From the IMG/VR virus record IMGVR_UViG_3300021964_000015: a DNA stretch of 64,000 nt, one strand, 5' to 3'. The notes beneath the pieces are model-generated. The model saw nothing but the letters and a program-made list of their open reading frames with translations, did no database searches and had not been told where the DNA came from. The stretch comes from a virus. Shown piece after piece: positions 54,359 to 61,969 of the stretch (positions within the stretch are counted from its first letter, which is position 1; each line of letters begins with the position of its first letter). The position numbers and the translations under genes were made by a program.

Positions 54359-55024
54359 TCATCCATTAAGCCCTTGATCAACAAGGGCTTTTTCATTGAA
54401 TGCTGCTTCACTAATCAAAGGGAATTCTTTAGTGAATACTTTCTTTGCTTCACGTGCAAGCTGAGCATGCTCCATCTGCGTACCATTGGAGCAACGTAGA
54501 TCAATGTAATGTATCCACGATCTAAGTGTTCCATTCATAAACAAACGTGTTTGAGTTGATAAGGGTAAGATTGAACGTGCACATTCCTTTGCAACACCAT
54601 TGCTAATCATCTCGTTATAGAGATGTTCGCTTTCTTCGTACAGCTGACTGATCCTCCTGTAGTAGGAGCCAACAAGTTCAACTGGTAAATCATCAATACT
54701 ATTTTGACGATTCTTGTGATCCTGTCTACGTAGGTGTGGGATTACTGCAGAGCCAAGCTGATTGGTATCAGCATAACGCTGACTGAATTCTTGGAAGGAG
54801 AAGGATCGATGACGTAAGATCTGAGCTGAGATAGCACGTGTTGTGTTGATTTCAACACATAAGTTAGCCATTTCAAATGGTGACCAGTGTTTGTGGTTGA
54901 TCAAGTAACGGATCAACCTTGGTGCAGTGTCCATGTTGTTCTCGTTTTTTGGTGCAGAGACACGTGCCATCTTGACAATCATCTCTTCTGCGTTTGGCGT
55001 TGACCAAACAAGGTTTACATTCAT
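54359..55024 (-). CDS. thyX: FAD-dependent thymidylate synthase
   Basis: HWSPFE and RHRSFSFQEFSQRY signature. Confidence 0.96.
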   Translation of the reverse strand: MNVNLVWSTPNAEEMIVKMARVSAPKNENNMDTAPRLIRYLINHKHWSPFEMANLCVEINTTRAISAQILRHRSFSFQEFSQRYADTNQLGSAVIPHLRRQDHKNRQNSIDDLPVELVGSYYRRISQLYEESEHLYNEMISNGVAKECARSILPLSTQTRLFMNGTLRSWIHYIDLRCSNGTQMEHAQLAREAKKVFTKEFPLISEAAFNEKALVDQGLNG

Positions 55025-55030
55025 GTTCTT

Positions 55031-55333
55031 TTATTCAACAGAGCAACCATAGCCAGTTGCAGTCAACTGTTCAATAGCATCTGCAGGACAGATACGCATT
55101 TGTGCATGTTGCATTGGTGTTTTGAGATGATCCCATTGAATGATTAGGTACTTTTGCTTACGTCCATTCTTGTTTGGTTTGTTAACCATACCAATTACTG
55201 TGCCATATCTTTGGAAGATATTCTTCTTAATCCAATCCTTTGTTTCTTTCTTTACACCAAACATTGCGCGTTGCTTGGGGCGTTCAGCAACACGATCACC
55301 AATCTTGTAGATGTACTGGGAGTTGCTTGTCAT
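55031..55333 (-). CDS. Hypothetical SH3-like protein
   Basis: YKIGDRV...YGTVIG...IIQWD. Confidence 0.55.
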   Translation of the reverse strand: MTSNSQYIYKIGDRVAERPKQRAMFGVKKETKDWIKKNIFQRYGTVIGMVNKPNKNGRKQKYLIIQWDHLKTPMQHAQMRICPADAIEQLTATGYGCSVE

Positions 55334-55647
55334 TGGATGATACTGCGACGTTGTTTGTTAATGATTTTGCGAATGGAACCAGAGTTGCGTTTGTACTTCA
55401 AAGCGATTTGGCCACTGCTCAAACCAAGTGCATGCAACTCTCGTATCCCTTTGATCTCTTCTTCTGTGAAGGGTTGACCAGGAGTTTTGGGTGGTAGTTC
55501 ATGAACTTCAAGTGTGCGAAAGCGTGCATCGCAATCAAAACATTTGCAATACCTTTTGATAAGGTAAGGATTGATGTGATCAGTTGAAACAACCTTTGTG
55601 TTTTGACCATCACATTTGATGCATGGTCGTTTAAGTTTGTAAGGCAT
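55330..55647 (-). CDS. NrdR-like zinc ribbon fused to HTH
   Basis: CIKC....TKVVST......IKRYCKCFDCDARFRTLE then IRELHALGLSSGQIALKY. Confidence 0.7.
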   Translation of the reverse strand: MPYKLKRPCIKCDGQNTKVVSTDHINPYLIKRYCKCFDCDARFRTLEVHELPPKTPGQPFTEEEIKGIRELHALGLSSGQIALKYKRNSGSIRKIINKQRRSIIQ

Positions 55648-55967
55648 TAGAGAAGGCGGTTTGCAATCAGTACAAGAACTTGTTGTTGACCAAGGATCTG
55701 GAATGAATCTTCCAGTAGTTCCTTCCTCTTATCAGGAAGTTCATAGCAATCAAACATGATGTCTTGAAGAAGATCAAAGTCATCTGCTTTGCCAGTAATC
55801 TTTTCAATTACCAGGCCAGGCATTGCATCAATGATGCCTTCAATTAATACTTCTTTGATTGCAATCCATGCATCAGCTGGTGCTTCATCCAGGATTGTTT
55901 CAATAACTTGTTCATTTGCTAAGTTGTTTACATCTTGTTGGATAGTGGATTGATCTGATTCAGACAT
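55647..55967 (-). CDS. Hypothetical protein
   Basis: ATG 55967 in listed ORF; TAATG coupling downstream. Confidence 0.55.
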   Translation of the reverse strand: MSESDQSTIQQDVNNLANEQVIETILDEAPADAWIAIKEVLIEGIIDAMPGLVIEKITGKADDFDLLQDIMFDCYELPDKRKELLEDSFQILGQQQVLVLIANRLL

Positions 55968-55968
55968 G

Positions 55969-55993
55969 AAAGAAACCCCCGCAAAAGCGGGGG
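55969..55993 (-). terminator. Intrinsic terminator
   Basis: CCCCCGC-TTTT-GCGGGGG-TTTCTTT on the - strand. Confidence 0.65.
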
Positions 55994-56015
55994 ATAACAA
56001 ATGTGCAGGAGAAGT

Positions 56016-56378
56016 TTAAGCGCTTTGTGCTTGGGTGTCGATGATATTGTCACCAAGACCAGCATCACGTAACTTTTCCAGCATGGATACCATGATGGTT
56101 GCTTGCGCCTGAGTGCGATCTAGGAACTCGCTAGCACGCTCTGGAGAGATCGTATGGACCGAACCATTAGGTTCTACGTAGCGCCAGCTTCCATCGGGTT
56201 GTGGGTCCCCCTGGAGGGCAAGACGTTCGGAGTTATGGACATACCTGAACTCAACGTTGTGGTAGTCCTTAAGACCATCTTGTCCTGTCCATGTGGCACC
56301 AAGGTTGTACCGTGCATCCTGATCAGCGAATGCATGGAACTCAGGAACGAGATGCTTGAAAGCAGCGAAGATAGACAT
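56016..56378 (-). CDS. Hypothetical early protein
   Basis: Biased codons, C/A-rich leader. Confidence 0.65.
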   Translation of the reverse strand: MSIFAAFKHLVPEFHAFADQDARYNLGATWTGQDGLKDYHNVEFRYVHNSERLALQGDPQPDGSWRYVEPNGSVHTISPERASEFLDRTQAQATIMVSMLEKLRDAGLGDNIIDTQAQSA

Positions 56379-56403
56379 GATTGAAGTTGGAGTTGGGTTG
56401 GTA

Positions 56404-56433
56404 GCTGGGACTTACACCTTAAGGATGCCCAGC
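56404..56433 (-). ncRNA. Motif B bulged hairpin, copy 1
   Basis: GCTGGG-CATCC-TTAA-GGTG-TAAGT-CCCAGC. Confidence 0.6.
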
Positions 56434-56434
56434 A

Positions 56435-56935
56435 TTAAGTTACATATTGTGAATTCAAAATGTAATGCAAAGTCCCCTTTGAGCTTATCTTAAACTTTTC
56501 CATCAAAGCTTTATAGCCCAGCCCTTGTAAATGATCATCTTTAATTTGCTTAACTTGTTCATTGCTAAATTTTCTTATAGAACTAGATGCTTTTATTGCA
56601 TGCTGCAATCTGTCTTTAGAAGGCCGATCAAGCATATTGTCTTTGTTTGTTCCAATACAAATGTTTTCAAAAGAGTTATCCTTTTGATTGCCGTTTAAAT
56701 GTCTAACAACTATACCGGGTTCAAACAACTTATCTTGGTATTTTTCATAAGCAACTAAACGATGCAAAAATACTTTGATTGATTTGCGTTGTATTCTTAT
56801 ATTGAAATAAAAATAACCTGCTCTAGAAGATAATAATTTTAAAGGTTGCTTTTTGTGTAAACCTAGTACACAATTATCTCTTACTCGATAACCTTTTTCA
56901 TAAGCAAGAGTTAAAGCTGTTTGTGATTCGTTCAT
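56435..56935 (-). CDS. HNH homing endonuclease
   Basis: LHRLVA...VVRHLNGNQKDN...NI..GTNKDN..D; markedly AT-rich. Confidence 0.88.
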   Translation of the reverse strand: MNESQTALTLAYEKGYRVRDNCVLGLHKKQPLKLLSSRAGYFYFNIRIQRKSIKVFLHRLVAYEKYQDKLFEPGIVVRHLNGNQKDNSFENICIGTNKDNMLDRPSKDRLQHAIKASSSIRKFSNEQVKQIKDDHLQGLGYKALMEKFKISSKGTLHYILNSQYVT

Positions 56936-56951
56936 TTGCAAAATTAAAAAT

Positions 56952-57038
56952 TGGTGCAGACGGCGGGAGTCGAACCCGCAAGGGCAAAAGCCCGACGCAT
57001 TTTAAGTGCGTTACGTAGACCTATTCCGTCACGTCTGC
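56952..57038 (-). tRNA. trnL: tRNA-Leu (anticodon TAA), CCA encoded
   Basis: GCAGACG/CGTCTGC acceptor, ACGCA-CTTAAAA-TGCGT anticodon arm, long variable arm, GCGGG-TTCGACT-CCCGC, ACCA end. Confidence 0.95.
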
Positions 57039-57245
57039 ATCACTTGGGCTTACGTCCACATCAATTGATGTGGACTGCCAAGTGTGATCTTGGGGTAATG
57101 GTTCAGTACCATATTCCCAAGTATCGTAATCTTCCTCGTTACGTGGATCATCCTCAATCAAAATGTATTGAGGTGAATTGTCATCAATGTACTCACCAAG
57201 ATTAGCTAGTGCCATAGCAAGTAGCTGAGCATCAGTGTGTTCCAT
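57021..57245 (-). CDS. Hypothetical acidic protein
   Basis: Fills the gap; last 18 nt overlap the tRNA. Confidence 0.5.
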   Translation of the reverse strand: MEHTDAQLLAMALANLGEYIDDNSPQYILIEDDPRNEEDYDTWEYGTEPLPQDHTWQSTSIDVDVSPSDADVTE

Positions 57246-57335
57246 AGTTGATAAGGGCGCCCTTTAACGAGGATAGGACGCCCCAGCTGAAGATCAGCTA
57301 ACAGATACTAGCGGATCCAGAAAGGATGTCAAATG

Positions 57336-57578
57336 CTAGTAAGCATCGACAAGTTGCCATTGAGGATCGAGCTGATCAAGATAGCTGCAGAAGCTGTCTT
57401 CATCAAGAGGGATGGGATCCCCTGGATCAATTGCGATAGTAACTTCGCACAATGCTGGAGCCCACTCCTCAGGTTCGAAGTGAGTTGCGCGATAGAGGAG
57501 GCGCATCTCATCAACAATTGCTGTAACTTTGACATGGGTGTCAGATACGATTGTTTCTTCAATTGAAAGTACAGTCAT
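57336..57578 (-). CDS. Hypothetical protein
   Basis: TGATG-coupled to upstream ORF. Confidence 0.6.
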   Translation of the reverse strand: MTVLSIEETIVSDTHVKVTAIVDEMRLLYRATHFEPEEWAPALCEVTIAIDPGDPIPLDEDSFCSYLDQLDPQWQLVDAY

Positions 57579-57745
57579 CAGTCACACTCCACGAATTGAC
57601 AATTGGGTGAGATGTAGCAACGATACCTAGTCCAGGCACGAGCAGTTTCCCACTCACCCTGGAAGGTATCTTCTCTAACGATTGCTTTCTCTGCGCGTTT
57701 AACAGCGCAGGAAGCAAGATTGATACGATCAAACAGATTAAGCAT
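57578..57745 (-). CDS. 55-aa hypothetical protein
   Basis: Translated by hand: MLNLFDRINLASCAVKRAEK...FVECD; C/A-rich leader. Confidence 0.55.
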   Translation of the reverse strand: MLNLFDRINLASCAVKRAEKAIVREDTFQGEWETARAWTRYRCYISPNCQFVECD

Positions 57746-57771
57746 GATTGAAGTTGCAGTTGGGTTGAAAG

Positions 57772-57798
57772 CTGGGACTTACACCAAAGGATGCCCAG
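57772..57798 (-). ncRNA. Motif B, copy 2
   Basis: CTGGG-CATCC-TTT-GGTG-TAAGT-CCCAG. Confidence 0.6.
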
Positions 57799-57823
57799 TG
57801 CTTTAGATTCTCTTAATGTTTGG

Positions 57824-58024
57824 TTAGAACAACTTGATGTTCCGTTTGCTCAGGCCTGTGCCAGGAATACTAATTGATCCACGGACACCTGAGCCACGAG
57901 CATTAATAGTTAGTTGTAAAGGACCAAGCTTGATTGATTTGGAATACGATTGAACACCATGTTCTGTAACATTGAATCCAGCAATGGTCCTATCAAAGTT
58001 GATAGAGGATTTAGGTTTAGTCAT
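57824..58024 (-). CDS. DUF4236-like protein
   Basis: KSIKLGPLQLTIN..G....SISIPGTGLS. Confidence 0.65.
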   Translation of the reverse strand: MTKPKSSINFDRTIAGFNVTEHGVQSYSKSIKLGPLQLTINARGSGVRGSISIPGTGLSKRNIKLF

Positions 58025-58130
58025 GATTAAAGATTAGTTGAAGGTTGATTAAAGGTTAATTAAAGTAATTAACTAATACTAATAAAAGATTCCCCCCTGG
58101 TTCTCTTCCAGGGGGGTTTGGGGGGAAAGC

Positions 58131-58466
58131 TTACGACCAGGCGATACGCTTTTCCTCGACTGCTTTCTTATACATCTCATCCATTGTCATAGGTGGTTCA
58201 CTACCGTAACCAAGATCTGCATCACTTGGTTCGTAGTCCAGTTCATTCTCTAGCATTGGAATGATCTCATCATCAATCATTGCATACATACTTGGCGTGA
58301 GATATTGATCCATCTCATGCCTCTTGGATTCACGTGCAATGACATCTTTCAATAATGTCAAAGCTTGTTGAACGTAGTAGTACTCGTTCTTGACCCAGTT
58401 CACTTTAAGAACTGCGTCAGAGGGAACACCAGTGGGAGGCACTTCAGGAAAGCTTTGGTTGGTCAT
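58131..58466 (-). CDS. Hypothetical protein
   Basis: Packed ORF. Confidence 0.6.
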   Translation of the reverse strand: MTNQSFPEVPPTGVPSDAVLKVNWVKNEYYYVQQALTLLKDVIARESKRHEMDQYLTPSMYAMIDDEIIPMLENELDYEPSDADLGYGSEPPMTMDEMYKKAVEEKRIAWS

Positions 58467-58496
58467 GAGCTGTGTTGTGAAAGGTGTACGGTTGGT

Positions 58497-58545
58497 ATGG
58501 GACTTATACCACAGATGAGAATAGTTCTCAATAGTGGATGCCCAT
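58497..58545 (-). ncRNA. Motif B, copy 3 (Fur-box-like palindrome in loop)
   Basis: ATGGG-CATCCAC-TATTGAGAACTATTCTCATCT-GTGGTA-TAAGT-CCCAT. Confidence 0.6.
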
Positions 58546-58549
58546 GCAT

Positions 58550-58777
58550 TTACTCAGGCTTCTTTAAGATCCACCTGGTGTAATGCTCAGCAGTGCGATC
58601 GACTGCTACCAGTTTATGCTCCTCCAGTCGTTGGATAGCAATCATGTAATACTTCAACCTACTTGGGTTTGGAAGCATCGGGACATAACATGGTTCGTCA
58701 GGACGTTTCTTCATGTGATTTAAGTAATACATGTAGAGATTACGTTGATTGACAGTTAATCCAATTGGAGGTTGCAT
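58550..58777 (-). CDS. Small winged-helix-like protein
   Basis: LTVNQRNLY...AIQRLEEHKLVAV. Confidence 0.5.
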   Translation of the reverse strand: MQPPIGLTVNQRNLYMYYLNHMKKRPDEPCYVPMLPNPSRLKYYMIAIQRLEEHKLVAVDRTAEHYTRWILKKPE

Positions 58778-58793
58778 AAGTTCAGTTGATTAG

Positions 58794-59165
58794 TTAGATG
58801 AGTCCGAGCAACGATAGCCAGCTGTCTGGATGATCGGGTTCAACCTCATCATCACCTGGAGTAAAGCATACGCTATCCATTGTCCATTCCTCTATGTCTT
58901 CGTTGCACGGGATGTCGTACCATCCTTGGAGCGCATCCTTGTCTTCTTGCGAGTAGTTGCCTCCGGTTGGTTTCCAGTAGAGGCTAAGGGTTCCTTTGGT
59001 GCGGTACACTGATCCATTCTTGGGGTAGGTGTCAAGCTTTCCGAGGACAACTCCTTTGGGATCGAAGTTGATTTCAGCTTGGTACTGCTCAAGGCATTCG
59101 TCGCCTTCGAATGGTTCGTAACCAGTGATTGCTTTGGCGACTGCTTGGGTTTCTGGATGAAGCAT
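58794..59165 (-). CDS. Hypothetical protein
   Basis: C-terminal DSVC.TPG.DEVEPDHPDSWLSLLGLI. Confidence 0.65.
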   Translation of the reverse strand: MLHPETQAVAKAITGYEPFEGDECLEQYQAEINFDPKGVVLGKLDTYPKNGSVYRTKGTLSLYWKPTGGNYSQEDKDALQGWYDIPCNEDIEEWTMDSVCFTPGDDEVEPDHPDSWLSLLGLI

Positions 59166-59256
59166 GACAGTAGTTCCGTAATGATGAGTGAAGTGATTGC
59201 AATAAAAAGGATGACGATATCACCGTCATCCCAGCATTGTTTCCAAGATGATTGAT

Positions 59257-59532
59257 TCATTTGGTCTTCTCCCAATCTTCGCAACGCTTGGTGTAGTAGA
59301 TGTCAAAGTTTGGGTGAAGCTTACGACAGATATCTTCTGCTTGTAATGCAGTATCTGCCATGTAACCCAATGCATCATTCCTCATCTGGAGTGTGTCATA
59401 ACCGACACATACCCAATGGATTTCAGTAAGCTCTGCTTCACGCATTGCTTCTTCTAGTTCGAATGCATAATCTGCCATGGTATCCATGAGATCAGCATTG
59501 CGTTGTGCATCGATGAAGGTAGGGTCCTGCAT
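59257..59532 (-). CDS. Hypothetical protein
   Basis: ORF with C/A-rich leader. Confidence 0.6.
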   Translation of the reverse strand: MQDPTFIDAQRNADLMDTMADYAFELEEAMREAELTEIHWVCVGYDTLQMRNDALGYMADTALQAEDICRKLHPNFDIYYTKRCEDWEKTK

Positions 59533-59560
59533 GGTTTGAATTGAGGTAGGGTTTGGGAAG

Positions 59561-59613
59561 CACTAGGACTTACACCACAGATGAGAATAGTTCTCAATAG
59601 TGGATGCCTAGTG
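59561..59613 (-). ncRNA. Motif B, copy 4 (Fur-box-like palindrome in loop)
   Basis: CACTAGG-CATCCAC-TATTGAGAACTATTCTCATCT-GTGGTG-TAAGT-CCTAGTG. Confidence 0.6.
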
Positions 59614-59680
59614 TTTGCTGAAGCATTGGCATGTATTGGCAAATCTTACGTGCCAACCAATACTTCAGATATAACAGGGT

Positions 59681-60172
59681 TTAGATCGTAATATTATTCC
59701 ATGAAATACCACGATCAATATTGGATATGGAAGTGCTTGTCACTCCATAAATCTTAGCTAGTTCTTTGAAGCCTTCATTGCGAGTTGTATACTCATTCAT
59801 GAATGCTTGATCGGCTAATAGTTGTTTGATTTCACGCACCTCCTTACCTCCTAACTTGGCATTACCGTTGACATAATGCCTGGATCTAGCCATACGCTTC
59901 CTTAGGCTAATGTTTGGAGGATCTACCTTAACAGCTTTTGCCTGTGGTGTCGGCTGTTTCGGGGGTGTGGGGGAAGAGAACAAGTCGAGTAGATCAACCT
60001 TCTCAACAGGTTGCTTACTTTGATTACCAACTGATTTCAACAGTTGGAAACCTAGGGTAACTGATTGCCCATCCTTTGTAACTGAGATGGTCACCTTGTT
60101 ATCCCTGGTAATCACACTGACGTGATCTGGTTTTGAAACATCAACTTGACTGAGTGCTTCCATGGGATGCAT
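59681..60172 (-). CDS. Protein with C-terminal HTH
   Basis: NAKL....VREIK...ELAKIYGVTSTSISNI.RG.SW. Confidence 0.65.
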   Translation of the reverse strand: MHPMEALSQVDVSKPDHVSVITRDNKVTISVTKDGQSVTLGFQLLKSVGNQSKQPVEKVDLLDLFSSPTPPKQPTPQAKAVKVDPPNISLRKRMARSRHYVNGNAKLGGKEVREIKQLLADQAFMNEYTTRNEGFKELAKIYGVTSTSISNIDRGISWNNITI

Positions 60173-60188
60173 TAGGTGCGTTGAAATA

Positions 60189-60224
60189 ATACCTAGTACT
60201 CATCCAAAGACAAGTACTAGGTAT
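60189..60224. repeat. 12-bp perfect inverted repeat
   Basis: ATACCTAGTACT-N12-AGTACTAGGTAT, upstream of the HTH gene. Confidence 0.75.
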
Positions 60225-60247
60225 AGAGTCTGAGGTCAGGTCACACG

Positions 60248-60475
60248 CTACATATGTGGTGTGAACCTAGGATCAGCGAGGAGTTGTGCAATGGAACACG
60301 CATCCTCCTCTACTTCTTCCTTGGTGCATCCCTCCCATTCATCCGATTGATTCTCGATGACCTGGCAACCCAGGTCTTCGAGTTGACATGCGAACATACC
60401 AAAGCTTTGTGCTTCGCCATAGACATGCCAAATACCGGAACCGTAGTCAGAGATTAACGCTACGTGAATGCTCAT
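60248..60475 (-). CDS. Hypothetical protein
   Basis: ATG 60475 in listed ORF. Confidence 0.55.
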   Translation of the reverse strand: MSIHVALISDYGSGIWHVYGEAQSFGMFACQLEDLGCQVIENQSDEWEGCTKEEVEEDACSIAQLLADPRFTPHM

Positions 60476-60662
60476 GATGACAAGAAGTGTGTTGTGGGTT
60501 GGGATTGGTGATATCAATACCTAACAATGCAGGTACTGATAGTGCAGCAAGGATGATTGCAAGTGCTCCCACTGCAATATCATCCCATCGAGTCTTATTG
60601 GACTCGGGATAAGAATCAATGGTCACGAAGAGGTTCCTCCGCAGGCGTACGATCTGTTTCAT
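60447..60662 (-). CDS. Small membrane protein
   Basis: TM segment IAVGALAIILAALSVPALLGI. Confidence 0.55.
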   Translation of the reverse strand: MKQIVRLRRNLFVTIDSYPESNKTRWDDIAVGALAIILAALSVPALLGIDITNPNPQHTSCHHEHSRSVNL

Positions 60663-60680
60663 TGAGGTGATTTGGAATCC

Positions 60681-60717
60681 CTGGGACTTACACCACACAT
60701 ATTATGTGGATGCCCAG
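60681..60717 (-). ncRNA. Motif B, copy 5
   Basis: CTGGG-CATCCACAT-AATAT-GTGTGGTG-TAAGT-CCCAG. Confidence 0.6.
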
Positions 60718-60720
60718 TGA

Positions 60721-61083
60721 TTAGTTGATGAGGTAACGATATGCAAACAACATACCAATGTCATTCCTGATATCGTTAACTACCTTGTAATACTTCTGTC
60801 TGTTCTGGTACATGTAGATGCAACCTTCCCAGAACATCTGGATGATCAACACAATGAGTGCTACCAAGTGGATTGCTACCCACTTACAGTGTTGATGTAA
60901 ATACTGACGATAGAAGCTACCAATGGCATAACCTGCCTGGTATGTCTTCTTAATCATTGAAGCAATGATGTTCAAGCACCACAGCATCGCTGTGATGCTA
61001 AAGATTTCTCCACCTAGTGCATACAACTTACTTGCCAGTTGTACTGCTGTGTCGAGGTGGTGGATGAGAGTGAGATAATTCAT
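60721..61083 (-). CDS. Membrane protein
   Basis: Two hydrophobic segments. Confidence 0.55.
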   Translation of the reverse strand: MNYLTLIHHLDTAVQLASKLYALGGEIFSITAMLWCLNIIASMIKKTYQAGYAIGSFYRQYLHQHCKWVAIHLVALIVLIIQMFWEGCIYMYQNRQKYYKVVNDIRNDIGMLFAYRYLIN

Positions 61084-61173
61084 GGTTCTCCATGTGAATT
61101 GATTTGGTTGATGCAGGATGTGAATCCTGCAGAAAACCCACTCACTTACGTAAGTAGGGTTAAGTGCAGGAAT

Positions 61174-61437
61174 CTAGTGGATAAGAGATTGGATGTATTC
61201 CATCTCCATGATGATGCCGTAGTTGTAGTAGTCCTCCATCTCCTGGTGAAGTTCTTTGGCACCAGTAGGCAAGCCTTCCATTAATGTACGAGTGTCAACG
61301 GCTATCCACTCGTATGGGCCATCAAAGTTAGGTGTTGCTATTAGGCACCACTTCTCGAAATGGATTTGATTCTTACTGCCGTACCATGTGACACGATACG
61401 TTTTCTCAGCCAAGGGTTGATAGATGAGGGGCTCCAT
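61174..61437 (-). CDS. Hypothetical early protein
   Basis: ATG 61437 (MEPLIYQP). Confidence 0.55.
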   Translation of the reverse strand: MEPLIYQPLAEKTYRVTWYGSKNQIHFEKWCLIATPNFDGPYEWIAVDTRTLMEGLPTGAKELHQEMEDYYNYGIIMEMEYIQSLIH

Positions 61438-61451
61438 GATCTTTAGTTGAA

Positions 61452-61520
61452 TAGATGCCACGGGATTGTGGCAATAACTGGGCAGGGGATTGCACCCTGC
61501 CTCCCGCTTTAACGGATCAG
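61452..61520 (-). ncRNA. Motif C tRNA-like junction plus hairpin, copy 1
   Basis: CTG-AT-CCGT-TAAA-GCGG-GA-GGCAGGG-TGCAATC-CCCTGCC-CAG then TGCCAC-AATCCC-GTGGCA. Confidence 0.5.
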
Positions 61521-61723
61521 TTGATGAAATCTTCAGGATCCATGAGGTAAAGAAAACACATAGCTGTGTAGATCTTATGCTCATCCCAAGCTTCCGCTTC
61601 GGGATGAAGCCTGATCACCTCCTGGAACTGGTTAACAAACCATTGAGCATCGGCACCGTACACAGGTACGGAACCAAGCTCATCGTTTGCCATAACCTTG
61701 TTAGCGATTTCGAGTAGTGTCAT
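61517..61723 (-). CDS. Hypothetical early protein
   Basis: ATG 61723 (MTLLEIAN). Confidence 0.55.
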   Translation of the reverse strand: MTLLEIANKVMANDELGSVPVYGADAQWFVNQFQEVIRLHPEAEAWDEHKIYTAMCFLYLMDPEDFIN

Positions 61724-61735
61724 GATGGTGTAAAG

Positions 61736-61804
61736 TAGATGCCACGGGATTGTGGCAATACCTGACCAGGGGATTTGATCCCCCGGCATCACGCTTGTGG
61801 TCAG
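61736..61804 (-). ncRNA. Motif C, copy 2
   Basis: CTGAC-CAC-AAGC-GTG-ATG-CCGGGGG-ATCAAAT-CCCCTGG-TCAG then a 25-bp block identical to copy 1. Confidence 0.5.
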
Positions 61805-61947
61805 ATGAAATCGTAGTTGTCTTCGTTGCCCATGTAATTAATCAGTTCATCAAATAAATACGTCAGTTGAGAATCATCAACTTCACGTACAAGATCTGCA
61901 AACTGAAGCATGAGCTGTTCCAAACGATTAGCTTGGTCGATGTTCAT
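61801..61947 (-). CDS. 48-aa acidic protein, first gene of the leftward early unit
   Basis: Translated by hand: MNIDQANRLEQLMLQFADLVREVDDSQLTYLFDELINYMGNEDNYDFI. Confidence 0.55.
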   Translation of the reverse strand: MNIDQANRLEQLMLQFADLVREVDDSQLTYLFDELINYMGNEDNYDFI

Positions 61948-61969
61948 TGGTGAAATGCGATTGAATTGT

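Noticed and set aside
56952-57038. Prophage attachment site at the tRNA
   Set aside because: Phage-type genes on both sides, no duplicated tRNA 3' end noticed and no integrase.
57255-57284. Sixth motif A copy (CGTCCTA...CGTTAAAG)
   Set aside because: Lacks GACG and loop-tail pairing; folds as a simple GGGCGTCCT/AGGGCGCCC hairpin.
58092-58125. G-run hairpin as an IS end or G-quadruplex element
   Set aside because: Single copy and no transposase; most simply a hairpin after gene 58131.
56404-61804. CRISPR array from recurring intergenic repeats
   Set aside because: Copies are separated by whole genes, vary in length, and no cas genes are present.
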